Assembly: GCA_963756505.1 (NCBI GenBank)
Contig: CAVWNG010000002.1
Span: 1,285,609 to 1,349,608, forward strand
Direction of reading: 5' to 3'
Origin: an uncultured Actinomycetota bacterium
GTDB lineage: Bacteria > Actinomycetota > Actinomycetes > Propionibacteriales > Propionibacteriaceae
Length of the DNA: 64,000 nt
Part shown: positions 1 through 11,976 of the stretch, in pieces
Layout of the letters: the number at the start of each line of letters is the position of its first letter
Numbering within the stretch: position 1 is the stretch's first letter
Notes under the pieces: model-generated
What the model saw: the letters and a program-made list of their open reading frames with translations, nothing else
Database searches by the model: none
Told to the model about the DNA's origin: nothing
Made by a program: the position numbers and the translations under genes

Positions 1-1472
<1,472 letters not shown>

Positions 1473-1712
1473 GGTGTTCCACCTCGCAGAGTTGGGCGCC
1501 CGCGCGGCACGCTGGGCCTGCCACGGTGAGGGCTTGGCCAGAGCGTATCGGCCTTCGCCCCGCTCGAGGTCGAGCACCGCCGCGCACAGCCGATTCTCAG
1601 ACTCTCCGACCGCGGTCGAGCAGTGCTTCGGGCCGCCCCGGCTGAAAGCGACCGGCGCGTCAGGTCCGCACTCCACTCCCAGGCGCGGACCGGGTCCCGA
1701 CCTGCTCGGCGG

Positions 1713-2888
1713 TCAGTGGGCCCGCGCCCTCACCGGCTGCCCGCCCAGCCCCAGGTCGCGCCCGATGAGCTCCTTCATGATCTCGTTCGAGCCGGCCCAG
1801 ATGCGCGACACCCGGGCGTCGGCCCAGGCCCGCGCAACCCGGTACTCGCTCATGTAGCCGTAGCCACCCCACAGCTGGACGCAGGCGTCGAGGATGTCGT
1901 TCTGCACCTGCGCGGTCCACCACTTCGCCTTGGCTGCGTCGACGGCGGTGAGCCGGCCGTGCACCTGCTCCATGACGCACGCGTCGACGAACGCCTGGGT
2001 GACCTCGGCGGTCGTGACCAGCTCGGCCAGGGTGAAGCGGTTCGCCTGGAACGACCCGATCGGCTGGCCGAACGCGTGCCGGTCCTGCACGTAGACCAGG
2101 GTCTCCTCCAGGATCTGCCGGGCGTGGGAGAGGTTGTAGACCGCCGCCCCGATCCGCTCGGTGACCAGCCGCTCCATCATGGCGACGAAGCCGCCGTCCA
2201 CCTCGCCCACCACCTGCTCCGGGCCCAGCCGCACGTCGCCGAAGAAGAGCTCCGCGGTGTCGGACTCGGGCTGGCCCACCTTGTCGAGCTTGCGGCCGCG
2301 CTCGAAGCCCGGCATCCCGGTCTCGACCGCGAACAGGGTGATGCCGTGGGCGCCCTTCTCCGGCGAGGTGCGGGCGGCCACCAGCACGAGGTCGGCCGAC
2401 CAGCCGTTGGTGATGAACGTCTTCGACCCGTTGAGCACCCAGGTGTCGCCGTCGCGCACGGCGGTGGTCCTGAGCGCCGCGAGGTCCGAGCCGCCCGACG
2501 GCTCGGTCATGGCGATGGCCGTCACCAGCTCGCCGGAGCAGAACCCCGGCAGCCAGCGGCGCTTCTGCTCCTCGGTCCCCAGCTCCACCAGGTACGGCGC
2601 GACGCAGTCGGCGTGGATGCCGATGCACGATGGGTAGGCGAACGAGAGCTTGGAAAGCTCCTCGCTGAGGACCATGGTGAACCGGGGGTCCCCGACATCG
2701 GTCCCCCCGAACTCCTCGGGCACGTTGAGCCCCAGCAGGTCCATCCGGCCCAGCTCGAGCCAGACCTCGCGGCCGAAACCGTGGTCGGCGATGTGCTTCT
2801 CCTGGTCCGGCCGCAGGACTCGGTCCACGAAGGTCCGGCACGTCTCCCGGAACGCCTCGTGGTCCTCGTCGAAGATGGTGCGCCTCAT
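1713..2888 (-). CDS. Acyl-CoA dehydrogenase
   Basis: AMTEPSGGSD, LNGSKTFITNG, QLWGGYGY and RIWAGSNEIMK motifs; GGAGG SD upstream. Confidence 0.95.
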   Translation of the reverse strand: MRRTIFDEDHEAFRETCRTFVDRVLRPDQEKHIADHGFGREVWLELGRMDLLGLNVPEEFGGTDVGDPRFTMVLSEELSKLSFAYPSCIGIHADCVAPYLVELGTEEQKRRWLPGFCSGELVTAIAMTEPSGGSDLAALRTTAVRDGDTWVLNGSKTFITNGWSADLVLVAARTSPEKGAHGITLFAVETGMPGFERGRKLDKVGQPESDTAELFFGDVRLGPEQVVGEVDGGFVAMMERLVTERIGAAVYNLSHARQILEETLVYVQDRHAFGQPIGSFQANRFTLAELVTTAEVTQAFVDACVMEQVHGRLTAVDAAKAKWWTAQVQNDILDACVQLWGGYGYMSEYRVARAWADARVSRIWAGSNEIMKELIGRDLGLGGQPVRARAH

Positions 2889-3004
2889 CGCGGCCTCCTG
2901 GGTTACCGGTCAGTAGCTTTGCCCTCCAGCCTACGCGGTCGGGAACCGGCGAGCAGCCCTCGGGCCGGAGGGTGCGGCGGCGGCCGCTGCACTACGGTCG
3001 ACCG

Positions 3005-3835
3005 ATGAGCACCGAGAGACGACGGGTCCTGCTGACGGGCGCGACCGGGACGGTGGCCGGCCAGCTGCTGCCCGCCCTCCGGGCGGCCTACGACCTCCGG
3101 CTGGTCGACGTCCGCGACACCGACCGCGACGGGCACGCCGTCGACGGGGTGGAGCTCGTCGACCTGCTCGCCGCTGACGAGGACAGCCTGCACGCCCTGT
3201 TCACCGGTGTCGACACCGTCGTGCACTGCGGGTACGTGCACCCTGCCGGGGAGCCGACCTACGCCGAGGAGCGCCGCAACCTCGACATGACGGCACGCGT
3301 CTACGAGGCGGCCCGGACGGCGGGCGTGCGACGGGTGGTGGTGGCCAGCACCAACCAGGCCTCGAAGTGGTACGAGCAGCCCTGGGCCGGGCACCGCATC
3401 GACCGGGTCGGCCCGGAGGACTACCCGCGCCCGGACTCCTTCTACGGCTGGGCAAAGGCGGCCTATGAGTCCCTCGGTTTCCTCTACGCCTGCGGGTCGC
3501 TGGGCCGAGCGGTCGAGGTGGTGCTGGTCCGCATCGTCGTCCCCCGCGAGGTCGACGCCGCCGACTTCGCCGACCGGCCCCTGGAGCGCTACCTGCGCGA
3601 CATCGCGGGCTACGTGAGCCCACGCGACCTGGCGCAGCTGTTCACCCGTTCGGTGGACGCCGCCTCCGTCGAGGACCGCTTCGGGGTGCCGTTCCAGATC
3701 TTCTACGGGGTCTCGGCCAACGCCCGCACGTTCTGGAGCATCACCAACGCCCGCGAGGTCGTGGGTTACGCCCCGCAGGACGACTCCGAGGTGCGCTTCG
3801 CCGCCGACATCGCGCGGATGCTGGACCGGGGCTGA
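3005..3835 (+). CDS. NAD-dependent epimerase/dehydratase (uronate dehydrogenase-like)
   Basis: TGATGTVA Rossmann motif, YGWAK catalytic YxxxK, FYGVSAN tail; -10 TACGGT 6 nt before ATG 3005. Confidence 0.8.
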   Translation: MSTERRRVLLTGATGTVAGQLLPALRAAYDLRLVDVRDTDRDGHAVDGVELVDLLAADEDSLHALFTGVDTVVHCGYVHPAGEPTYAEERRNLDMTARVYEAARTAGVRRVVVASTNQASKWYEQPWAGHRIDRVGPEDYPRPDSFYGWAKAAYESLGFLYACGSLGRAVEVVLVRIVVPREVDAADFADRPLERYLRDIAGYVSPRDLAQLFTRSVDAASVEDRFGVPFQIFYGVSANARTFWSITNAREVVGYAPQDDSEVRFAADIARMLDRG

Positions 3836-3847
3836 GCCCAGCCCGGC

Positions 3848-5353
3848 TCAGTCGGGCAGCGGCTGGCCCCGGCGGGCGCGGATGCGGCCCACGACGTCGG
3901 TGGTGGACTGGCTGGGGACGAAGTCCAGGATGCGCACCCGGCCGCCGTACCCCTCGACGACGGCGGCCTCCACCAGGTCCTCGGGGCGGTAGTCCCCTCC
4001 CTTGGCGTACACCTCCGGCCGCAGCCGCTCCAGCAGCGGCACCGGGGTGTCGGTGTCGAACACGGTCACGTAGGACACGCAGCTGAGTGCGGCGATGACG
4101 CCCGCGCGGTCGGCCTCGCCGTTGATGGGGCGCTCGGGCCCCTTGAGCCGGCGGACCGAGCGGTCGCTGTTGACCGCGACCACGAGCACGTCACCGAGCT
4201 GGGCCGCCTGCTGCAGGTAGGTGGTGTGGCCGCGGTGCAGCACGTCGAAGCAGCCGTTGGTCATGACGACGCGGCGCCCTGCCGCCCGCTCGGCCGCGAC
4301 CCGGCGGAGCAGCGTCTCCTCGTCCAGCGCGGCGCCGCCCACCCCGAGGTGCTCGACCAGCTCGTCGGTGGAGCAGACCGAGGTGCCGAACCGCTGGACG
4401 ACGACGTCGGCCGCGGCCTGGGCCAGCTGGGCGGCGACCTCCAGCGAGGTACCGGCGGCACGGGCCAGGGTCAGGGCGGCGACGAAGGTGTCGCCGGCCC
4501 CGGCGGCCTGCTTCTCGGCCCGGGGGGAGGCCGAGGTCCGGAAGGGGCCCGAGTCCCCGTCGTCCGCGGTGAGCAGGACCGAGCCGTCCCGGTCCAGGGT
4601 GACCAGGACCGCAGCCGCGCCCGACCGCTCCCGGAGCTCGGCCGCCGCCGCGGTCAGGGCCGCGCTGCGTGTCCCGTCCTGGGGAACGGAACGGCCCAGC
4701 AGCCGGAAGGCCTCCTCGGCGTTCGGGGTGACGACGTCGGGTCGCAGCGCCGACCAGGGGGCGGCGTCGTGCGCGTCCACCACCACCAGGGGCGGGCGGG
4801 TCTGCCGGGTAAAAGCGGAGGAGACGGCGCGGAGCAGGACGCCGGAGTCGTAGTCGCAGACGACGAGGGCCTCGGCCTCCACCAGGGCCTTGGCCGTCGC
4901 GGTGGCCAGGTCCTCCTCCAGCGCCGGGGTGAGGACCAGGGCCTGCACGTCGTCGATGCGCACGAGCATCTGGTCGCCGCTGACCACCCGGGTCTTGGTG
5001 ACGGTGACCACGTCGTCGGAGTCCAGCAGCCCGCTGACCTCGACCCCGGCCTCCTCCAGCTGGGTGCGGAGCACCCGCCCGGCCTCGTCGGCGCCGACCA
5101 GCCCGACCAGCCGGACGTCAGCGCCCAGGGCGGCCAGGTTCATCGCGGTGTTGGCTGCCCCGCCCGGGACCTCGTGCCGGCCCGTCACCTCCACGACCGG
5201 TGCCGGCGCCTCCCGCGACAGCCGTCGGCTGGAGCCCACCCACCAGCGGTCGAGCATCACATCGCCCACCACCACCACGCGCGGCGCGCGGTGCCGCAGG
5301 GCCAGGGGCAGGTCCGGGGTCACCGCGCTGGTGGCGGTCACGGGGGCGCTCAT
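3848..5353 (-). CDS. hldE: Bifunctional heptose-7-phosphate kinase / heptose-1-phosphate adenylyltransferase (HldE/RfaE-like)
   Basis: N-terminal PfkB domain (VVGDVMLD, REAPAPV, GGAANTA, GAGDTF) and C-terminal NGCFDVLHRGH, AVNSD, KGGDY, STT motifs. Confidence 0.85.
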   Translation of the reverse strand: MSAPVTATSAVTPDLPLALRHRAPRVVVVGDVMLDRWWVGSSRRLSREAPAPVVEVTGRHEVPGGAANTAMNLAALGADVRLVGLVGADEAGRVLRTQLEEAGVEVSGLLDSDDVVTVTKTRVVSGDQMLVRIDDVQALVLTPALEEDLATATAKALVEAEALVVCDYDSGVLLRAVSSAFTRQTRPPLVVVDAHDAAPWSALRPDVVTPNAEEAFRLLGRSVPQDGTRSAALTAAAAELRERSGAAAVLVTLDRDGSVLLTADDGDSGPFRTSASPRAEKQAAGAGDTFVAALTLARAAGTSLEVAAQLAQAAADVVVQRFGTSVCSTDELVEHLGVGGAALDEETLLRRVAAERAAGRRVVMTNGCFDVLHRGHTTYLQQAAQLGDVLVVAVNSDRSVRRLKGPERPINGEADRAGVIAALSCVSYVTVFDTDTPVPLLERLRPEVYAKGGDYRPEDLVEAAVVEGYGGRVRILDFVPSQSTTDVVGRIRARRGQPLPD

Positions 5354-5604
5354 ATGACCCCTCCGCGACCGGCGGCGGTGCCACCGGTCCTGCTCCTCGT
5401 GCTCATGTGCGCTCCTACTACCCACTTCTCCCGGCCTGGACTGGGCGCAGGCGGAGAGGTCCCGATGGCCCCGTGGAGCGACGGTAGCGGAGGTGGGTCA
5501 CAATCCCCGTCGTCGGGAACGAGCGGTGGTCGCCGTGCACGGGACAGTCCCCCGGCTCGGGTGGACGCTGCCGAGGGGCTGCGCCGCAGGGACAGGAGGA
5601 GCGC

Positions 5605-6555
5605 ATGGACAGGCTCGCTGAGCCGGACGGACGTCCGGAGGTGGTCGTGCTGCGGGCCCTGAAGCTGGGCGACCTGCTGGTCAGCGTCCCGGCCCTGCGC
5701 GGCATCCGCCGTGCCCGTCCGGATGCCCGCATCGTGCTGGCCACGCCGGAGTGGCTGGAGCCGCTGGTGGAGCTGACCGACGCCGTGGACGTGCTGCTGC
5801 CCACGCCCGACCTGGTGCCGCTGGCCGTGGCACCCGGCCGGGTGGAGACCGTGGTCGATCTGCACGGGTATGGACCGGAGAGCCGGGCGGTCTGCGAGGC
5901 GGTGCGCCCGCGCCGCTTGCTCGGCTTTCGGGCACCGGGGTGGGAGGGGCCCGAGCACCCCGACGACGTGCACGAGCGGGAGCGGTGGGCGGGTCTGGTC
6001 ACCGCGCACGGCATGCCGGCCGACCCCCTGGACCTCGGGCTGCGCCACCCCGCCGTGCCCAGCCCGCGGCCGGGGGCGGCGGTGGTGCACGTCGGCGCGT
6101 TCTTCCCCTCCCGGGAGTGGCCGGTCGAGCGGTTCGCCGCGGTGGCCGCCGAGCTCGGGCGCCGCGGGCTCGAGGTTGTGGTCACCGGAGGCGACGCCGA
6201 CGTGGCGCGCGCCCGGCACACGGCGGAGCTGGCCGGGCTCCCGGCGAGCGCGGTGCTCGCGGGGGCGATGTCGCTGGCGGAGTTTGCCGCCGTCGTCGCC
6301 GGGTCCCGGGTGGTGGTGACGGCCGACACCGGGGCCGGGCATCTGGCCTCGGCCTACGCCCGGCCGTCGGTGGTGCTGTTCGGCCCGGCCCCGCCCGAGC
6401 ACTGGGGGCCGCCGCCGGGGCCCCACCGGGCCCTGACCCATGCCGAGCTGCGTCGTGGGCAGGCGTTCGCCGACGAGCCCGACCCGGCCCTGCTCGCCGT
6501 CACCGTCGACGAGGTGCTCGAGGCGGTCGAGAGCCTCGGCGTCCTCGCCGGCTGA
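5605..6555 (+). CDS. Glycosyltransferase family 9 (heptosyltransferase-like)
   Basis: LRALKLGDLL start, DLHG, REWPVERF, DTGAGHLASA and VVLFGP motifs; AGGAGG SD. Confidence 0.88.
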   Translation: MDRLAEPDGRPEVVVLRALKLGDLLVSVPALRGIRRARPDARIVLATPEWLEPLVELTDAVDVLLPTPDLVPLAVAPGRVETVVDLHGYGPESRAVCEAVRPRRLLGFRAPGWEGPEHPDDVHERERWAGLVTAHGMPADPLDLGLRHPAVPSPRPGAAVVHVGAFFPSREWPVERFAAVAAELGRRGLEVVVTGGDADVARARHTAELAGLPASAVLAGAMSLAEFAAVVAGSRVVVTADTGAGHLASAYARPSVVLFGPAPPEHWGPPPGPHRALTHAELRRGQAFADEPDPALLAVTVDEVLEAVESLGVLAG

Positions 6556-6574
6556 GCAGGGCCCGGAGCGAGGC

Positions 6575-7123
6575 TCAGGAGCGGACGGCCTCGATCTCGA
6601 GGTTGATGTCGATCTTGTCGCCGATGAGCAGCTTGCCGCCCTCGAGCGGGACGTTGAAGTCGATGCCGAAGTCCTTGCGGCTGATCGTGGTGGTGGCCTC
6701 AGCGCCCAGGCGGGTGGCGCCGTAGGCGTCGACGTCCACCCCAAGGAACTCGGCGGCCAGCTCGACCTGACGGGTGCGGCCGTTGATGGTCAGGTCGCCC
6801 TGGATGACGTGGCCGTCCGCGCCCTCGACCACCCCGGTGGAGACGAACACCAGCTGCTGACCGGCGTCGGCGTCGAAGAAGTCGGTGGAGCGCAGGTGGG
6901 CGTCGCGCTGCTCGTTGTTGGTGGTGATCGACGCGCTGGTGATGGAGACCTGGACCGAGCTGGCCAGGGGGTCCTCGGTGGTGACGATGCTGCCGGAGAA
7001 GTCGGCGAAGGTGCCGCGCACCTTGCTCATCAAGTGACGGACGGTGAAGCCGACGGTGGAGTGGCTGGGGTCGAGGGTCCAGGTGCCGGCGACCAGGCCG
7101 GTTCCGAGCAGTTCCTGAGTCAT
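6575..7123 (-). CDS. YceI family protein
   Basis: WTLDPSHSTVGFTVRHLM, RDAHLRSTDFF and ISRKDFGI motifs; AAGGAG SD before ATG 7123. Confidence 0.92.
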   Translation of the reverse strand: MTQELLGTGLVAGTWTLDPSHSTVGFTVRHLMSKVRGTFADFSGSIVTTEDPLASSVQVSITSASITTNNEQRDAHLRSTDFFDADAGQQLVFVSTGVVEGADGHVIQGDLTINGRTRQVELAAEFLGVDVDAYGATRLGAEATTTISRKDFGIDFNVPLEGGKLLIGDKIDINLEIEAVRS

Positions 7124-7177
7124 GGTGATCTCCTTCGAGGGACGGGCGTGACGCGGGGTGCGGGACGCTTCAGTGGG

Positions 7178-7216
7178 TAGTTGAAGATTAAACGGCTTTA
7201 GTTGAACTGTCAACAA
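7178..7216. promoter_or_regulatory. Tandem MarR-type operators between yceI and marR
   Basis: Palindrome GTTGAACTGTCAAC (7201-7214) and degenerate copy GTTGAAGATTAAAC (7180-7193), 21 bp apart, in an AT-rich divergent intergenic region. Confidence 0.65.
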
Positions 7217-7237
7217 GCGGTGCATTAGACTCTGGCC

Positions 7238-7702
7238 ATGCCTCCCGTCCGCACCGCGCCCCACTGGCTGACCGCCGAGCAGCAGCAGGCCTGGCGGGCG
7301 TACCTGCTGGCCAGCGCCCGGCTCACCGAGCGGCTCGACGCCGAGCTCCGGGAGTTCGGCGTGGACCTCGGGGAGTACGAGATCCTCGTCGCCCTCTCGG
7401 AGGCCCCGGACCGCCGGGTGCGGATGTCGGAGCTCGCCGACGCCGTGCACCAGTCCCGGTCCCGTCTCACCCACACCGTCTCCCGGATGGAGGCGGCCGG
7501 TCTCGTGGACCGGGCCAGCTGCCCCACCGACCGGCGCGGGGTCTGGGCGCACCTGACCGACGAGGGGTTCCGGCTGCTCGAGACCGCGGCTCCCCACCAC
7601 GTCGAGAGCGTGCGGCGCAACTTCGTCGAGGCCATGACCGAGGAGGACTACGCCGCCGTGGGCCGCGGGTTCTCCGCCGTGCTGAGCGTCCTGGACCGCT
7701 GA
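7238..7702 (+). CDS. MarR family transcriptional regulator
   Basis: Winged-helix SRSRLTHTVSRME...DRRGVWAHLTDEG; divergent from yceI. Confidence 0.93.
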   Translation: MPPVRTAPHWLTAEQQQAWRAYLLASARLTERLDAELREFGVDLGEYEILVALSEAPDRRVRMSELADAVHQSRSRLTHTVSRMEAAGLVDRASCPTDRRGVWAHLTDEGFRLLETAAPHHVESVRRNFVEAMTEEDYAAVGRGFSAVLSVLDR

Positions 7703-7784
7703 GGTCCGAGCCGCTCGGACGTGGCCGTCCAGGCCGGCTGAGGGACGGAGTCGGCTGGGCGGCGCCGACTAGCATGCACTCGAC

Positions 7785-10611
7785 ATGCCGAACGCCGTGA
7801 GCCTGCCGAACCCGGTCGCCGAGCTACCCGAGGTCGGTGACCTCCGGGCTCAGCTGCGGCGTCGCGGCGTCGCGCACATCCTGGACTCCACCAAGCTCAC
7901 CCGGGCGCTCTACTCCTCCGACGCATCGCTGTACCGGGTGGTCCCCCAGGCCGTGGCCTACCCGCGCACGGTCGAGGAGACGGTGGCCGTGCTTGACGCG
8001 GCCCGGGCCGTGGGCATGCCGGTCACCACCCGTGGCGCGGGGACCTCCTGTGCCGGCAACGCCGTCGGGCCGGGGCTGGTGCTCGACACCGCCCGCCACC
8101 TCAACGCCATCACCGCGCTCGACGCGGAGGCCCGGACGGCCACGGTGGAGCCCGGCGTCGTCCAGTCCTCCCTCCAGGTGGCCGCCGCCCCGCACGGGCT
8201 GCGCTTCGGGCCCGACCCCTCGACCCACAACCGCTGCACCATCGGCGGGATGATCGGCAACAACGCCTGCGGGCCGCGCGCGCTGGGCTACGGGCGCACC
8301 GCCGACAACGTCGTCGCGCTCGACGTCCTGACCGGCAGCGGCGAGCGGATGCTGCTGGACGGCACCGAGGACGTCGCCGCCTTCGCCGGCCTCACCGCCC
8401 TCAAGTCGGTCGTGGGGGCGAATCTGGGGACCATCCGGACCGAGTTCGGCCGCTTCGGCCGCCAGGTGTCGGGCTACAGCCTGGAGCACCTGCTGCCCGA
8501 GCGGCGCTTCGACGTCGCGCGGTTCTTCGCCGGCACCGAGGGCACCCTGGGCGTGATCCTCGGGGCGACCGTGCGCCTGGTGGCCGACGCCCCGCACAAG
8601 GTGATGATCGCGCTGGGCTACGCCTCGATGGCCGACGCCGGCGACGCCGCCCCGGCGATCCTGCCGCACCGACCCACCGCCGCAGAGGGGCTGGACCGGC
8701 GCATCGTCGAGGTGGTCCGGCGCACCCACGGCGACGCCGCGGTGCCGCCGCTCCCGCGCGGCGACGGCTGGATGTTCGTGGAGGTCGTGGGCGACGACCC
8801 GGTGGAGGTCCGGGCCCGCGCGCAGCGGGTGCTGGCCGACGGCCAGGCGCTGGACGGCTTCCTGGTCGAGGACCCGCGGCAGGCCCTGGCGCTGTGGAAG
8901 ATCCGGGAGGACGGGGCCGGGCTCGCCGGGGTCAGCCTGGCGGCTCCGGCCTACCCGGGCTGGGAGGACGCCGCCGTCCCACCCGAGCACCTGGGCAGCT
9001 ACCTGCGCGACTTCGACGCCCTGCTCGACCAGCCACGGCCTGGACGGGCTGCCCTACGGCCACTTCGGCGACGGCTGCGTGCACGTCCGCATCGACTTCC
9101 CGCTGACCACCGCGGGCGGCGACGCCGTGCACCGCGCCTTCTTGGAGGACGCCGCTTCGCTCGTCGCCCGCTACGGCGGCTCCATGTCGGGCGAGCACGG
9201 CGACGGGCGGGCGCGCTCGTCGCTGCTGCCGGCCATGTACTCCGCCGACGCGATCCGGCTGTTCGGGGAGGTCAAGGCTGCCTTCGACCCGGACAACCTG
9301 ATGAACCCCGGCGTCCTGGTCGACCCGCGTCCCTTCGACGCCGACCTGCGGGCCGTGCAGCTGGTCGGCAAGGTCGACCACTTCGCCGCCGAGGTGCACA
9401 ACTGCTCCGGCGTGGGCAAGTGCCTGGCCAACACCACGCCCGGGCTCGGCGTGATGTGCCCCTCGTACCAGGCCACCCGTGAGGAGAAGGACTCCACCCG
9501 CGGCCGTGCCCGGGTGCTGCAGGAGATGATCAACGGCGAGGTGATCACGATGGGCTGGAAGTCGCCCGCCGTGCACCAGGCCCTCGACCTCTGCCTGTCC
9601 TGCAAGGGATGTGCGCGCGACTGCCCCACCGGCATCGACATGGCGTCCTACAAGTCGCAGGTGATCGACCACACCTACCGCGGCAAGATCCGGCCGCGCA
9701 GCCACTACACCTTGGGCTGGCTGCCCCGCTGGGGAAGGATGATCACCCGCAACCGGGCGCTGTCGACCATGATCAACACCACCATGGCCACGCCGGGGCT
9801 GCGTCGCGTGGTGCGCTGGAGCGCCGGCGTCGACCAGCGGCGGTCGCTCCCCCGCTTCGCCACCCGCGCCGCGCGGGACCGGGTCGAGGTCGCGGCGAGC
9901 GGCGGGAAGCGAGTGGTGCTCTGGGTGGACTCGTTCTCCGACTGCTTCACCGGGAACGGCGTGGAGGCAGCGGTGGCGCTGCTCACCCAGGCCGGGTACG
10001 CCCCGGAGTTCCTGGAGCGCAACGCCTGCTGCGGTCTCACCTGGATCAGCACCGGCCAGCGCGACGGCGCACGCCGCCGGCTGCGCGAGGCCCTCGACGT
10101 GCTGCACCCCCACGTCGCGGCCGGCACCCCGGTGGTCGGGCTGGAGCCGTCCTGCCTGGCCGTGTGGCGCAGCGACGCCGCGGAGCTGCTCCCCGACGAC
10201 CCGCGCGTCGCGGACATGGCCGCCGGCGTGCTCACGATGGCCGAGCTGCTCACCCGTACCGAGGGCTGGCGGCCGCCGGACCTGAGCGGGGTGGAGCTGG
10301 TCGCCCAGCCGCACTGCCACCACGCCTCGGTCATCGGCTGGAAGGCCGACGCCGACCTGCTGACCGCCTCCGGCGCGAGCGTCACCACCGTCGGCGGCTG
10401 CTGCGGTCTGGCCGGCAACTTCGGCGCGGAGAAGGGCCACTACGACGTCTCGGTCCTGGTGGCCGAGCACGACCTGCTCCCTGCGGTGGAGGCCCGTCCC
10501 GACGCCGTGGTGCTGGCGGACGGGTTCTCCTGCCGCACCCAGCTGGCCGAGCTGGCCGACCGGCAGGCGGTCACCCTGGCCGAGCTGCTCACCCGCGGGG
10601 ACGGCCGCTGA
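7785..10611 (+). CDS. FAD-linked / Fe-S oxidoreductase (D-lactate dehydrogenase/YdiJ-like), frameshift at ~9033
   Basis: RGAGTS, TIGGMIGNNACG and GTEGTLG in the first frame; GHFGDGCVHVR, SGEHGDG, CLSCKGCARDCP and CCG motifs in the second; removing one C at ~9033 joins them. Confidence 0.85.
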
Positions 10612-10619
10612 GCCCGGGC

Positions 10620-11315
10620 TCAGCCCAGGTGGCGGTGCAGGAAGTCCAGGGTCCGCTGCCAGGCCAGCGCGGCGCTGTCCGCGTCGTAGGTGCCCAGGTG
10701 GTCGTCGTCGTTGGCGAAGGCGTGGCCCGCCGGGTAGTAGAAGTACTCCACCTCCACGCCCGCCTCGTCCCGGATCTGCTGCTCCTGGGCTCGCGCCTGG
10801 TCGGCGGGGTACATCTCGTCCTGCTCGCCGTAGTGCCCCTGCACCGGCGCCGCGATGGCGGCGTAGGAGCCCGGCAGGTGGCCGACGCCGTAGTAGGGCA
10901 CGACGGCGCCGATGGAGTCGGGCCGCTCGGTCGCGAGCAGCAGCACGAAGCCGCCGCCCATGCAGTAGCCGACGGCTCCGACCTTCTCCGAGGTCACCGC
11001 CTCCTGCTCGAGCAGGTAGTCCACCGCCCCGGCCAGCGCTGACGCGGCCTCGGCCTCCGACAGCGACCCGGCGAGCTGCGCGGCCTCGTCGACGCCGTGG
11101 GTCACGCGTCCGCCGTAGAGGTCGGGCGCCAGCGCGACAAAGCCCTCGGCCGCGTACCGGTCGACCATGGCAGCCATGTGGTCGTCCAGCCCCCACCACT
11201 CCTGGATGACGATCAGGCCCGGTCCCTTCCCCGAGGGCGGCAGCTGCAGGTAGCCGCTGATGGTCGAGCCGTTGCGGTCGAACGTGACGTTCTGCCGGGG
11301 TGCGAGGTCGCTCAA
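10620..11315 (-). CDS. Dienelactone hydrolase family protein
   Basis: IQEWWGL, GYCMGG nucleophile and AGHAF motifs; TTG start after an AAGGA SD. Confidence 0.9.
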   Translation of the reverse strand: MSDLAPRQNVTFDRNGSTISGYLQLPPSGKGPGLIVIQEWWGLDDHMAAMVDRYAAEGFVALAPDLYGGRVTHGVDEAAQLAGSLSEAEAASALAGAVDYLLEQEAVTSEKVGAVGYCMGGGFVLLLATERPDSIGAVVPYYGVGHLPGSYAAIAAPVQGHYGEQDEMYPADQARAQEQQIRDEAGVEVEYFYYPAGHAFANDDDHLGTYDADSAALAWQRTLDFLHRHLG

Positions 11316-11434
11316 GGCGTCGTCCTTCGTGGGTCGCGGGTGGGTCTCGCGCCACTGTAGCCACGCCTGTCGCACCCGACCCGACCGCCCGCGCGACGAC
11401 CTCGCCCGGCACGGCGCCGAGACGTCGAGGACGG

Positions 11435-11893
11435 TCAGGCCGACAGGGCGCTCGGGAAGCGCGTCTCGAAGTCGAGGACCGAGACCCACTGCGGACGCAG
11501 CCGCAGCCGCGCCATCGGCTGGCCGGCCAGGGAGGCCGACCACGCGTCCCCCTGCTCGTCCCCCAGGTAGCGGCGTGCCGCCGCCGCGTACTCGGCGGGC
11601 GGACCCTCCACGTCCTCCACCTCCACGTCCCCGCGGATCGAGAGCACGTGCGCCGGGAAAGCCTCGGTGTCGATGGTCAGCGCCACCTGGGGACGTCGGC
11701 GGAGCGCCTTGAGCTTCGGCGCGCGGCCGGGGGTGCCCATGACGACCGCCGTCCCGTCCCAGTGGAACCAGATCGGCACCACCCGCGGCGAGCCGTCGGT
11801 CCAGCTGTAGGCCAGCCGGGCCGGCACCCGAGAGGCCAGGAGCTCGACCGCCACCGGGTCGTCCAGCAGGGACAGGTCTCCGGACGTGGCCAT
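11435..11893 (-). CDS. Pyridoxamine 5'-phosphate oxidase-like (split beta-barrel) protein
   Basis: ARLAY...DGSPRVVPIWF...KLKALRRRPQVALTID; GGAGGAG SD. Confidence 0.8.
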   Translation of the reverse strand: MATSGDLSLLDDPVAVELLASRVPARLAYSWTDGSPRVVPIWFHWDGTAVVMGTPGRAPKLKALRRRPQVALTIDTEAFPAHVLSIRGDVEVEDVEGPPAEYAAAARRYLGDEQGDAWSASLAGQPMARLRLRPQWVSVLDFETRFPSALSA

Positions 11894-11976
11894 GGCCGCT
11901 CCTCCGCTCGTCGGTGGGCGGACGCTACCGCGGACCCGGCGGGGCCTCCCAGTGCACGAACGGCCCACTCCGCCGG

